DNA from: an uncultured delta proteobacterium
GTDB taxonomy: Bacteria; Desulfobacterota; RBG-13-43-22
Assembly (NCBI GenBank): GCA_963711835.1
Contig: CAVQFQ010000017.1
Coordinates: 608,001-672,000, forward strand
Reading direction: 5' to 3'
Length of the DNA stretch: 64,000 nt
Shown: piece after piece, positions 18,937 through 29,558 of the stretch
How positions within the stretch are numbered: the first letter of the stretch is position 1
Layout of the letters: each line of letters opens with the position of its first letter
The notes under the pieces: generated by a model
What the model saw: the letters and a program-made list of their open reading frames with translations, nothing else
The model's database searches: none
What the model was told of the DNA's origin: nothing
Made by a program: the position numbers and the translations under genes

Positions 18937-20972
18937 ATGGGCTATTTTAGGGGATTGGGTGTTCTGCTGATATTAATGCTGGCCTGCAATGGTTTTGCCC
19001 AGGAGACCGCCAAAGAGAAAAAAGATGAAAAGGTCTATGTCCTGGAAGAGGTGGTGGTGACCGAAGCCAAGATCGCTCAGTCAGCAAAAAGGATCACCCA
19101 GAAGATCGATGTCATTACCGCTGAAGAGGTCCAGACCCTGACCTACGGCAACCGGAACGTGGCCGAAATTTTTCGCTATCAGCCGGGCACCTTCGTGGAT
19201 GTCCTTTCCCGGAACGACGCCAACTGGGGTTCTTACGGAGGTCTGGGACCCAAATACAACAGCTTTTTGCTGGACGGCTTACCTATCGACTCCTTTGTAG
19301 ATACTATGAGTTTGGATGTCCTGCCCCTGGAAAAGGCCGAGGTCCATCGGGGTCCGGCAGCGGTAATGTATTCCAATTATCTCTCCATGGATTTTGCCGG
19401 CAATCAGTCGCCCCTGGCCGGCATCACCAATCTGGTTCTCAGGGATAAAATCGAAGAGACCCGGACCATGGTCGCCTTGGGGTACGGATCCTGGAACACC
19501 TATACCGGCAAGGTTTACCACCAGGGTCATCAGGGCAACTTTCATTACCTGCTGGGAGCCGGCTATGAAAAGTCGGACTATACCAATTACGGAACGGCCA
19601 ACTCCTGGTTGAACATGATCGACAATCCCGAGTACCAGAAGACCAAGCTCTACTTCAAGACGACTTATTTTTTTAATCGGGACGATCACAAGGTCTCCCT
19701 GTTTGCCCATCATACCCAGCATACCGGGGATGCCGGCCGGCCCAACCGGGACTATGACCACAACTACAATACTGTGAATGCCGCCTACAGCAATCAGATC
19801 ACCGATTTTCTCAATACGCAGTTCAAACTCGGCTACCGCAGTTATGACCGCCGCTGGGGTGAGGATAATTTTCCGGCTAGTCTGGATCTCAGATCCCACG
19901 ACGGCGTCAAACAGCAGATTGTTCCCACCGACTTGGCCGTTAACCTCTTTCATTGGAAGAACAGCTTGCTCACCTTCGGGGCCGACTACCAATGGGCCAC
20001 CTACGAAACCTATTCGGAGGCCGGGGGTTTGAAGACCAAGGGCAACGATGCCAGGGCCTATAACCTGGGTCTCTATGCCCAGGAGAAGCTGGTCTGGGAC
20101 CAATGGATTTTTCGTTTCGGCGGACGCTTCAACACCACCCAGAATTCCTATGACCTGATCAGCGGCACGGTTCCGGCGGAAAAAGAGAAGTCCTGGGATA
20201 AATTCCTTTACAGCGCCGGCATCAAATTCAATGCCTTCCAGGACATCTCCTTTTATGGCAACATCGGCAGCAGCTTCCAGGCCCCTTCGGCCAAGTCGGT
20301 GGGCGGGACCTTGATGGCCTCGAAGATCGGGGCGTGCCGGGCAGGAACGGCCAGTTGCCCAATGCGAACCTGAAGCCGGAAAGCGGAATCGGCTACGACC
20401 TGGGGATGGATTATCGGATCTTAAAGAATATGACCTTCGGGGTGCGCGGCTTTTTGAACCAGGTGGAGGATGCCATTGTGGAAAACCGGGTCAGCGAAAA
20501 TCCCTCCCAGAGCCAGTCGGTCAATGCCGGGAAAACCAGCTCCTATGGTTTTGAAGCCGAAATCAAGCATTCCTTCAGCAAGTACGCCGACTGGTTTGCC
20601 AATTTCACCTATACCAAAACCGATCTTAAAAACGATGTGGATCCAGACCAGGACGGCAGCAATGTCCCTTTTGTTCCGGAGTACGTGGGCAATTTAGGGG
20701 TAACGGGATATCTACCGTTGGATTTTACGGTTTCAGCTTATCTCCAGGCCGTGGGCAGCTATTACGACAGCACTTCGAAAAGCGGCCGCAAGTCCTTCGG
20801 CCCCTATGAGATCATCAATATGAAGATCCAGAAGGTGCTTTTTAAGACCAAGGACTTCAAGGGAAACTTCGTCCTGGATCTGATCAACCTGACCAACAGG
20901 AAGTACGAGATGCCCTGGCAGTTCCAGGATCCGGGCTTTTCCATGTTCGGGAGTCTGGAACTGTATTTTTAA
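18937..20972 (+). CDS. TonB-dependent receptor, frameshift near 20330
   Basis: Signal peptide, TonB box LEEVVVT, plug motif EVHRGPAAVMY, NANLKPE and C-terminal F; two ORFs join into one receptor. Confidence 0.9.
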
Positions 20973-21124
20973 GGAAAAAGATTTTTAGCCACGGACCCAC
21001 ACGGAAAAAAACGGACCAGAAATTTATTCCCGAGGTTGTTTGGTTTAAAATCGATTCCTGATTCCTCTTCCCCCATCCGGACTGCAAAGGTGGGGGAAGA
21101 TTTTTTTTGTCCTTTGTGGTATTG

Positions 21125-22141
21125 ATGAAAACCATGAAACGCTCCTTTTTACAACCGTTGCTGATCCCTATTCTGGTGTTAAGCTTATTGGTTCCCGCCC
21201 TTGCCCGGGAAGCGGACGGTCAGGGAATCGTGGTTGCCGATTTTCGAGGAAAAACGCTGAAACTGGCCAGGCCGGCCGAGCGGATCGTTTGCCTGATTGA
21301 AAGCGCCTTGAGCGGGATTTACATGCTGGGGGAGGAGAAGAGGGTGATCGGGATCTCCCGGAATATCTATAACGGCGATGTCTATCCCTACTACGCCGCC
21401 CTCGATCCAAGGATCAAGGATAAAAAGCTGCCGGCGCCGGGCAATTGGGACTTCGTCAATCTCGAGAGCCTCCTGGCTTTAAAGCCGGATCTGGTCATCA
21501 TCTGGTCCCAGCAGACCGAGGTCATTACCGCCCTGGAAGAGAAAGGCATCCCGGTTTTCGGCGTCTTTATCAACCGCAAAGAAGATGTCTATCAAGAGAT
21601 GCAGGCCCTGGGCCGGATAACCGGCAGCCTCAAAAGGGCCGAGGAGCTGGTTGCTTATAGCCAGCGGGAACTGGCCCGTTTTCAAAACCGGGTGGGGAAT
21701 ATTTCCTCGGAGAAACGTCCGGGGATCTATTATATGTGGGCCCAGGGGAACCTGGAGACATCCTGCGGCGAGAGCACGGTCAATGACCTGATTCATCTGG
21801 CCGGCGGCAGGAATGTCTGCGCCTCGATCCCCAATGAACACCTGATCGTGAACATGGAAAAGGTCCTCTCCTGGAATCCGGACCTGATTGTCATGTGGTA
21901 TAATGAACGAAAAAATCCCGGAGATATTATCCGGGACCCCCAGTGGAAGCGGATCAAGGCCGTTCGGAGCCAACGGGTCCATGAGTTCCCGGAGGTTTTT
22001 TTGTGCGATCTCTGGACCCTTAAATTCGTTTATGCCGTCAAGATGGTGGCCAAATGGGCCCATCCGGATTTGTTCCGAGACATTGATCTGAGCCAGGAAA
22101 GAAAGAAGATGCTGGACTTCCTGTATGGCAAAAAGCTCTAA
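21125..22141 (+). CDS. Metal-chelate (BtuF/FecB-like) ABC substrate-binding protein
   Basis: PAERIV, NLESLLALKPDLVI, WNPDLIV motifs. Confidence 0.9.
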   Translation: MKTMKRSFLQPLLIPILVLSLLVPALAREADGQGIVVADFRGKTLKLARPAERIVCLIESALSGIYMLGEEKRVIGISRNIYNGDVYPYYAALDPRIKDKKLPAPGNWDFVNLESLLALKPDLVIIWSQQTEVITALEEKGIPVFGVFINRKEDVYQEMQALGRITGSLKRAEELVAYSQRELARFQNRVGNISSEKRPGIYYMWAQGNLETSCGESTVNDLIHLAGGRNVCASIPNEHLIVNMEKVLSWNPDLIVMWYNERKNPGDIIRDPQWKRIKAVRSQRVHEFPEVFLCDLWTLKFVYAVKMVAKWAHPDLFRDIDLSQERKKMLDFLYGKKL

Positions 22142-23135
22142 GAAAGTTCTATTCTACCTTATCCCGGTTCCTTTGATTCTGGCCTCCCTCTTCGTCGGCC
22201 CTTCGGACCAGGTCAGGCCTGAACATGTCGCCCGATGGGTCCTGCAGCAGTTCTCACCGGCCTCCGGGTCAGCCTCTCCGGATCTTTTAGTAGAAGCCAT
22301 CCTCCTGGATGTGCGTCTTCCGAGGGTGATCCTGGCCTTCCTGGTGGGGGCGGCCCTGACCGTATCCGGCAATGCCCTCCAGGCCCTTTTCCGCAATCCC
22401 CTGGTTGCCCCGGAAATTCTGGGACTTTCCTCAGGGGCGGCCTTTGGGGCCGCCCTGGCCCTCAGCCTGGGCTTCCTCCCCCTTCAGGGCACGGCCTTTG
22501 TCTTCGGCCTGCTGGCCGTGGGCTTGAGCTACTTCCTGGCCCTGACCCGCAAAGGGGTGTCCATTGTTTCCCTGATCCTGGCCGGGATAATCATCTCGGG
22601 TATTTTCACGGCCCTGCTGACCATGGTCCAGTTTCTGACCGATCCTTTTAAGCTGCAGACCATTGTCCACTGGACCATGGGTAATCTCCATACCGCCAGT
22701 TGGACCAAGGTGCGTTCGGCCTCCCTGCCCATCCTCCTGGGCTGTGGGTGGCTTTTTGTTGTCCGCTGGCGCATGAATGTCATCGCCTTGGGTGATGAAG
22801 AAACCCGGGCTGTGGGTTTGAACCCTGAAAGGGAAAAACTCCTGATCCTGATTCCGGCCACTCTGGTGGCTTCGGCCTCGGTGGCTGTGGCCGGGATCAT
22901 TGGACTGGTGGGTCTGGCCTTCCCCCATATGGTGCGGATGATGGTCGGACCGGACAACCGGATAACCATGCCGGTTTCCTTTGCCTTCGGCGGCTCTTTT
23001 CTTTTGCTGGTGGATAACTTTTCGCGGACCATCGCTTCCTTTGAGATCCCTCTGGGTATCTTTACCACCTTGATCGGAGGGCCATTTTTTATTTACCTGT
23101 TAAAGAAAAACCGTATGCAATATCCGGATGCCTGA
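22125..23135 (+). CDS. FecCD/BtuC-family ABC permease
   Basis: RLPRV, QALFRNPLVAPEILGLSSGA, GIIGLVGL. Confidence 0.92.
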   Translation: MAKSSKKVLFYLIPVPLILASLFVGPSDQVRPEHVARWVLQQFSPASGSASPDLLVEAILLDVRLPRVILAFLVGAALTVSGNALQALFRNPLVAPEILGLSSGAAFGAALALSLGFLPLQGTAFVFGLLAVGLSYFLALTRKGVSIVSLILAGIIISGIFTALLTMVQFLTDPFKLQTIVHWTMGNLHTASWTKVRSASLPILLGCGWLFVVRWRMNVIALGDEETRAVGLNPEREKLLILIPATLVASASVAVAGIIGLVGLAFPHMVRMMVGPDNRITMPVSFAFGGSFLLLVDNFSRTIASFEIPLGIFTTLIGGPFFIYLLKKNRMQYPDA

Positions 23136-23137
23136 CT

Positions 23138-23932
23138 ATGGCTGTGACTATCGAAAAAGTAAGTTTTGAATACGATGGAAATCCCATACTTAAAGACATC
23201 CGATTCGAGGTCCCGGAAGGGAAATTCACCGTACTTTTAGGGAAAAACGGCAGTGGCAAATCCACCTTGCTGCGTCTGATCGCCGGATTGCTGCCTTTAA
23301 AGACCGGGAGGATCAAAATCCTGGGACAGGATCTGCATCGGCTGAGCCTTTCCCAGCGGGCCAAATTGATCGGCTACCTGCCGCAATTCCATACCCCGAT
23401 CTTCCCCTTTACCGTTGAAGAGGTGGTGCTCACCGGCCGGGCCTCCTATGTCTTTTCTACGCCGAGCAGGAGAGACCAAGAAAAAGCCGGCCAGGCCATC
23501 GCCGAGGTTGGTCTTGAAGGTCTCAGGAAGCGGCCTTATACGGAGTTGTCCGGCGGAGAGAGGCAATTGGTGATGATCGCCCGGGTCCTGGCCCAGGAGC
23601 CGAGAGTGATCCTGCTGGATGAGCCCCTGTCCCATCTGGATCTGGCCAACCAGGCCCGGTTCCTGGGCTTGATCAAAAACCTGACCGGGATCGGGATGAC
23701 CATCCTGGCCGTTCTGCACGACCCCAATGCGGCCTTCCTGTCGGGCGATCATTTCGTTTTTTTGAAGAACGGCCGGGTTCAGGAAGTGGAAGAAGGGCAG
23801 GTCCCCTGGAATGCGGAATTCTTGAGCGCAGTCTACGGCACCCCCCTGAAAGCCATCCCCTTATGGCGACCGCTCGCTTATTGTGGCTTTTTGACGGCCG
23901 GAATTGGCATCGTTCAAAAGTTGTGGCACTAG
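23138..23932 (+). CDS. Metal-chelate ABC transporter ATPase
   Basis: GKNGSGKST, LSGGERQ, LLDEP; the C-terminus runs into repeat copy A. Confidence 0.92.
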   Translation: MAVTIEKVSFEYDGNPILKDIRFEVPEGKFTVLLGKNGSGKSTLLRLIAGLLPLKTGRIKILGQDLHRLSLSQRAKLIGYLPQFHTPIFPFTVEEVVLTGRASYVFSTPSRRDQEKAGQAIAEVGLEGLRKRPYTELSGGERQLVMIARVLAQEPRVILLDEPLSHLDLANQARFLGLIKNLTGIGMTILAVLHDPNAAFLSGDHFVFLKNGRVQEVEEGQVPWNAEFLSAVYGTPLKAIPLWRPLAYCGFLTAGIGIVQKLWH

Positions 23933-24223
23933 CGCATTATTGCCTGATTGGGGGACAGGGGGTCTCGATTTCAAGGCTTGTCCAAAGGGGGATCCTTCCC
24001 GCAAATCCGGCCCAGATTTCTAAGGTTGGTTTAGAGCCGGGCATTCACCCAACCGAACAAACAGCTTTGGCGTAGGCCTGCTTAAGGCATTATCGTCAAC
24101 CTTCCAGTCCCGCTAAAAGCGGGATTTCAAAGTGAGGAGTTTATGGTGGACAACCTTGAAATCGAGACCCCCTGTCCCCTTCCATTGGGTATCAGAAATA
24201 TAAGGCCACAACTTTTGAACGAT
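23909..24223. mobile_element. Nested inverted-repeat non-coding element, copy A
   Basis: Perfect 19-bp outer IR ATCGTTCAAAAGTTGTGGC (23909-23927 / 24205-24223); 33-bp inner IR GGGGACAGGGGGTCTCGATTTCAAGG(C)TTGTCCA (23951-23984 / 24147-24179). Confidence 0.85.
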
Positions 24224-24233
24224 ACTCAGGAAT

Positions 24234-25232
24234 TCAAGGACGGGCCTGTCCGGAATTCGAGTCCATCATCAGAGAAGATTCATCCACCGCTTCAAAATCG
24301 GATCCCAGGATAACATCCAGTTCATGGAGGACGTCGTTGTCCCAGCGCTCATCCGGGGCACCCGAAATGTACCAGGCCGAGCCGTTATCGGCCAGGATCA
24401 GGCCGTATTTTTTCAAGGCCTGGGCGATGACCCGGGCCTGGGGTGAAAACCGTGAAAGGTCATAACCGGCCTTGAGTCGAAAGCGCTGGCCCATGGGAGG
24501 GTATTGGCTGCCGGTCAGGCTGGAGGCATAGTGGCGGGCCGGCCAGATAAAGGCCTTGCGGGTCTGGGGAACAGTGAAACGCAGGGCGTGCTTGATTTCA
24601 CCGGAGGCAACTTCCTCGTAGCGCACCAGACCCGGCAGCATGGGCAAGCCGGCGGCGTCGGCCGAGGTCCAGCCGGCCGGGCGAAGGGTATGAGAATTCA
24701 GCGGGAAGATCGCCCCGGAGCCGGCGGACCACTGGCCGTTCTGTTGATAAGCGGCATAGAGTTCATAGAGGATGCAGTTATCCCGGTCGACGATCAGGAT
24801 GTGGCGGTCGCCGTTGCCGTTCGGGTCGCCTTCGATCAACGGCCGGTCGGGGATAGGGTAGGGCCCGGGATCGCTTTCAGAGGGGTAATAGAAAATGACG
24901 GATGATTTGGGTTGATTGCCGGAAACGATGTTGAAGGGGATGCCGATGGGAAAACCTTCCCAGGTCCCGGCCCCGAAATCGGCATGAACATGGCGCCCGG
25001 GGCCGATGGTAGCGATATAGACATTGGAGTTAGGATCCAACGGCAGGTTGTCCACCGGTGTGTTCCAGATGTTATCGGCAGGCAAGAGGGGACAGCCGGC
25101 CAGGGTGGGCCCGGCCGGGGCGGCCAGGATGAGCGGCAGATAGATGAAGGAGCCGGCTTCGGCCGTTGAGCCGGTCCCGCCTATGAGGAGAATCAAGACC
25201 AGGATGGGGATAAAAGGCCTTAGAAATTTCAT
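24234..25232 (-). CDS. Secreted hypothetical protein
   Basis: Signal peptide then IYLPLIL; blocks DNIWN, GDRH, WTSADAAGLP, HALRFT, YGLILADNGS. Confidence 0.75.
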   Translation of the reverse strand: MKFLRPFIPILVLILLIGGTGSTAEAGSFIYLPLILAAPAGPTLAGCPLLPADNIWNTPVDNLPLDPNSNVYIATIGPGRHVHADFGAGTWEGFPIGIPFNIVSGNQPKSSVIFYYPSESDPGPYPIPDRPLIEGDPNGNGDRHILIVDRDNCILYELYAAYQQNGQWSAGSGAIFPLNSHTLRPAGWTSADAAGLPMLPGLVRYEEVASGEIKHALRFTVPQTRKAFIWPARHYASSLTGSQYPPMGQRFRLKAGYDLSRFSPQARVIAQALKKYGLILADNGSAWYISGAPDERWDNDVLHELDVILGSDFEAVDESSLMMDSNSGQARP

Positions 25233-25610
25233 GCAGGTCTGTCTTATTCAAAATAATTGCTATTCTACTTCAAGTTGTGGCATTCTTTTCCGATTAGTTG
25301 GCCAGGACTAAAGGTTCGACGGTTTTAATGAAGCGGACGAAGGCCGGTCGGCACTATAATGCTGCCTTTCCAAGGCAGCCACAATCTAATCAATGGATCG
25401 CATTAGTATCCTCTTTTAAACTTCATCTCACCCGAATTGGAACCTAAAAAAAAATATGCTACAATGGATTTACCATTTTATAAAGATCAAAACGAAGTGT
25501 GTTCAACCCTCTGATAATCATCCCTAACATCTGACCCGGATTATGTGTTATCCATCCTTTTCAAGAGTTACGGGAGATCCACCAGGCCGGAGCCCTAGGG
25601 ATTTAAAAAC

Positions 25611-28022
25611 ATGTCCTTTTTTGAAGTCATAGTTCCTCCGTTGGACCACCCTTTAACCTACGAAGTCCCCGAGGAAATTTCTCCGGATCCCCAAATCGGG
25701 CAGCGGGTCCTCGTCCCCCTTAAAAATAAGATAGTTACCGGCTACTTATGGGAGGAAGTTAAAAAAACACTTCAGGGTCCGGAAATCAAGCCGTTAATCC
25801 GTATCCTCGACTCCCAGCCCTTTTTCTCACCGGCTCTGCGCCCCTTTTTCACCTGGATCGCCCAATATTACCTCCATCCGATCGGGCAGGTTCTAAAGAC
25901 CGCCCTTCCCCCGGGATTGACGGTCAGGAGTGTCTTGAAACTCCAAATCACTGACTTAGGCCAGAAGGTGCTTCAGAACGAACTCCTGCCTCATGAGGAC
26001 CGGGCTTTGTTGAAAAAAATTACCCCAAAGGGTCTGCTATTTTCTCGGCTGGCCGCCGAAGAAAGGGAATCCGTTGTTAATTTTGAAGCCTTAGGCTGGG
26101 TCTGTCAGACCAGCCAACTCAATCAGGAACGGGCTAAGGTCAAAAAAGAAAAGTGGCTTCATCCGGGTCCTTGTTTTGAGGGGCGGCATTTTTCAGAAAA
26201 AGAGTTGCCCTTGTTTGAGCATTTGACCTCCTTCTCCTGCGGGTCGCTTCGGGACATCAAGGCCCTTTTCAACCTATCTTCCCAGCGGCTGAACACCTTG
26301 AGAAAAAGGGGCTTGATTGAAATCAGGGACCAGGTTTGCTACAGAGATCCTTTTGGTGAAATCCTGTCGGTCGAGGAGATCCCCTTGACCCTCTATCCGG
26401 AACAGAAAAAGGCTTTGGAAAAAATTAAGGAAGGGCTCCAGTCAGGGGAATATCAAACCTTTCTTCTGCACGGCATCACCGGATCAGGAAAGACCGAAAT
26501 CTATCTCCAAGCGGCGGTCGAGGCCTTGAAAGAGGGCAAACAGGCCTTGGTCCTGGTCCCGGAAATAGGCCTGGTACCCCAGATTGAGGGGCGATTTCGC
26601 CTCCGCTTTGACGACCGGATCGCCCTCCTCCATAGCGGCCTGAACCCCGGTGAACGACTGGACCAATGGCGGCGCATTCAACAAGGTGCAGCCCCGGTGG
26701 TGATCGGCACCCGTTCGGCTATTTTTGCTCCTTTTTCAAATTTGGGTCTGATTATTGTCGATGAAGAACATGACGCTTCCTACAAACAAACCGATTCCCT
26801 GCGTTACCATGCCCGCGACTTGGCCCTGGTGCGCGCCCGATTGCATTCGGCCCTGGTTATTCTGGGCTCGGCCACTCCCTCCATTTCCACTCTTTATCTC
26901 AGGCGGCAAAAAAAAATCACCTACTTGGGATTAACCAAACGGGTTCGGGATCAGGCCCTTCCTGAGGTCAAGGTCCTTGATATAAAAAAGTTCCGCCGTC
27001 GGGGCCAAATCCCCCTTCTGAGCGCTCCCCTGGAAGAAGCCCTCCGCCAAAACCTGGAAAAAAGTCGGCAAGCTCTCCTTTTTCTAAACCGCCGGGGCTT
27101 TGATACCCTGATTCTCTGTACCCTCTGCGGGGAGATACTCAAATGCCGGAATTGTTCGGTGGCCTTAACCCATCACGCCCGGCAAAACCAGCTCCTCTGC
27201 CACCTGTGTGGTTATCACATCCCCATCCCCCAGCGATGCCCTCAATGCCGACAGGAAGGAATCAAGCCTCTGGGCTTAGGGACCGAAAAAGTCGAGAAAG
27301 AACTGATCAGGCTTTTCCCGGAAGCGGCCCTGGACCGGATGGACCGGGACACGGTGGTTCGTAAAAGATCGCATTTTGAAATCCTGAAAAAAGTAAGGGA
27401 CAGGAAAACAGATATCCTGATCGGAACCCAGATGATCACCAAAGGCCATGATTTCCCTTATGTCACTCTGATCGGGGTTATCTGTGCCGATCTGTCTTTG
27501 AACTGGCCCGATTTTCGAGCCGGGGAAAGGACCTTCCAGCTTCTGGCTCAGGTAGCCGGCCGGGCCGGAAGGGGCGCCGATCCGGGAACGGTTTATATCC
27601 AGACCTATAATCCCCATCATTATGTCTTTAAGTATCTTCTGCTCCATGATTACCTGGGTTTTTTCGGACAGGAAATCCGGTTTCGCCGGGAACTCGGGTA
27701 TCCCCCTTTTTCCCGTCTGATAAATGTCCTCTTCCAGGGCAACCGGGAATCGGCGGTTAAAGAGGCGGCCGGGGTAACGGCCGGAATCCTCCGGCTGGAA
27801 AAAGAAAAAAGCCGCTGGGGAGATTCTCTGGAGATCTTAGGACCTGTGCCGGCCCCCATCGCCAGGATCAAAGGGAAATACCGCTATCAACTCCTGTTGA
27901 AAGGGGAGAACAGCCGGATGGTCCACAAGGCCGCCGGAATTATTCAACAGGCCGAGAAAGGTGTGATTCAGGGAAAAGGGGTTCAAATTGTCCTGGATGT
28001 CGATCCGGTAGATATGCTATAA
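25611..28022 (+). CDS. priA: Primosomal protein N'
   Basis: GITGSGKTE, DEEH, four CxxC zinc motifs, QVAGRAGR. Confidence 0.97.
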   Translation: MSFFEVIVPPLDHPLTYEVPEEISPDPQIGQRVLVPLKNKIVTGYLWEEVKKTLQGPEIKPLIRILDSQPFFSPALRPFFTWIAQYYLHPIGQVLKTALPPGLTVRSVLKLQITDLGQKVLQNELLPHEDRALLKKITPKGLLFSRLAAEERESVVNFEALGWVCQTSQLNQERAKVKKEKWLHPGPCFEGRHFSEKELPLFEHLTSFSCGSLRDIKALFNLSSQRLNTLRKRGLIEIRDQVCYRDPFGEILSVEEIPLTLYPEQKKALEKIKEGLQSGEYQTFLLHGITGSGKTEIYLQAAVEALKEGKQALVLVPEIGLVPQIEGRFRLRFDDRIALLHSGLNPGERLDQWRRIQQGAAPVVIGTRSAIFAPFSNLGLIIVDEEHDASYKQTDSLRYHARDLALVRARLHSALVILGSATPSISTLYLRRQKKITYLGLTKRVRDQALPEVKVLDIKKFRRRGQIPLLSAPLEEALRQNLEKSRQALLFLNRRGFDTLILCTLCGEILKCRNCSVALTHHARQNQLLCHLCGYHIPIPQRCPQCRQEGIKPLGLGTEKVEKELIRLFPEAALDRMDRDTVVRKRSHFEILKKVRDRKTDILIGTQMITKGHDFPYVTLIGVICADLSLNWPDFRAGERTFQLLAQVAGRAGRGADPGTVYIQTYNPHHYVFKYLLLHDYLGFFGQEIRFRRELGYPPFSRLINVLFQGNRESAVKEAAGVTAGILRLEKEKSRWGDSLEILGPVPAPIARIKGKYRYQLLLKGENSRMVHKAAGIIQQAEKGVIQGKGVQIVLDVDPVDML

Positions 28023-28093
28023 TTTTGCTCTGAGACATATAAAGCAAAAAGCAACAGGTCAGGCAATATGACAACTAAGATGATGAGCCGGTT

Positions 28094-28612
28094 ATGGCCC
28101 TCTTAGAAATCCGCAAATATCCGGATCCGGTTTTGGGGAAAAAAGCTAAACCGGTGGAAATTATCAATGACACCCTTAAAGCCCTGATTCAGGACATGGT
28201 CGAGACCATGTATCAGGCCCCGGGGATCGGTCTGGCGGCCAACCAGGTCGGAAGGCCTCTCAGACTGATCGTCTTTGATGTTACCCCCAAAGATCAAAGC
28301 CGCAATCCATCGGCCATTATCAATCCGGAAATTTTCGAGGCCGACGGCGATCAAACCGTTGAAGAGGGCTGCCTCAGCGTCCCGGATTATTATTCCGAGG
28401 TAAAACGAAGCGCCAGCGTAAAAGTGCGGGGACTGAACGACCAGGGTCATCCGGTCGAGGTCTGCGCCGAAGGGATGCTGGCCACGGTTTTACAACATGA
28501 AATTGATCACCTGGACGGTATCCTCTTTATTGACCGCATCAGTTCCCTGAAACGGACCCTTTATAAAAAAAGGATTCAAAAGAAGTTGAAGAAAGAAAGT
28601 GAACCGGTCTAA
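28094..28612 (+). CDS. def: Peptide deformylase
   Basis: GIGLAANQ, EGCLS, QHEIDHLDG. Confidence 0.97.
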   Translation: MALLEIRKYPDPVLGKKAKPVEIINDTLKALIQDMVETMYQAPGIGLAANQVGRPLRLIVFDVTPKDQSRNPSAIINPEIFEADGDQTVEEGCLSVPDYYSEVKRSASVKVRGLNDQGHPVEVCAEGMLATVLQHEIDHLDGILFIDRISSLKRTLYKKRIQKKLKKESEPV

Positions 28613-29558
28613 CTATTCCCGTCTAATCTTCATGGGCACCCCCGATTTTGCCCTGCCCTGCTTAAAGGCCCTCTTGCAGGCCAAAGAGGAGGTGGTTGCC
28701 GTTTATACGCAGCCGGATCGTCCCCGAGGACGGGGGCAGAGGATAAGCCTTTCTCCGGTCAAAGAGTTGGCCTTGGACAGCCGCCTCCCGATCTTTCAAC
28801 CCAAAACCCTCAGGGACTCGTCCCTTCTCAGGCAATTGGCGGAACATAAACCGGATCTCTTAATCGTGGTCGCCTATGGTTTGATCCTCCCCCAAGAGGT
28901 TCTGGACATCCCGACCTGGGGGGCCGTCAATGTCCATGCCTCCTTATTGCCCAAATATCGGGGGGCGGCCCCGATTCAGTGGGCCATTATTAAAGGTGAA
29001 AAAGAGACCGGCGTTACCACCATGCGCCTGGATGCCGGTATGGACACCGGAGATCTGCTCTTCCAGCAACCCCTGCCGATCCTGGAAACCGATACCACCC
29101 AGAGCCTGCAGGATCGGCTTTCCGAAGCCGGCGCGTCCTTATTGCTCCAGACTCTCACCGCCCTTCGCCAGGGCACCTTAGTCCCCTTTCCCCAGGACCC
29201 CCGCCTAGCCAGCTATTCCCCCCCCTTAAAAAAAGAACAGGGGGAAATCAATTGGGAACTGTCGGCCCGGGAAATAAACGGTTGGGTAAGAGGCTTAACC
29301 CCCTGGCCGGGTGCCTTTACTTTTTGCCGGGGAAAACGATTGCTCTTGCATCTGGCCTCACCCGAAACGGAAAACGATCGCGGGATCCTGGGAACCATTC
29401 ACTCTCTGCCTGAAGGATTGATTCGAGTCCAGACCGGCCAGGGGTTATTGGTCTTGAAAGAAGTTCAGTTGGAGGGCCATCGCCGGGTCTCGTCCCAAGA
29501 ATTTTTGAAAGGGTTCCCCCTCAAGGTCGGAGATCGCCTGGGCCGCCGATGGCCTTGA
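28599..29558 (+). CDS. fmt: Methionyl-tRNA formyltransferase
   Basis: FMGTPDFA, NVHASLLPKYRGAAPIQ. Confidence 0.97.
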   Translation: MNRSNYSRLIFMGTPDFALPCLKALLQAKEEVVAVYTQPDRPRGRGQRISLSPVKELALDSRLPIFQPKTLRDSSLLRQLAEHKPDLLIVVAYGLILPQEVLDIPTWGAVNVHASLLPKYRGAAPIQWAIIKGEKETGVTTMRLDAGMDTGDLLFQQPLPILETDTTQSLQDRLSEAGASLLLQTLTALRQGTLVPFPQDPRLASYSPPLKKEQGEINWELSAREINGWVRGLTPWPGAFTFCRGKRLLLHLASPETENDRGILGTIHSLPEGLIRVQTGQGLLVLKEVQLEGHRRVSSQEFLKGFPLKVGDRLGRRWP

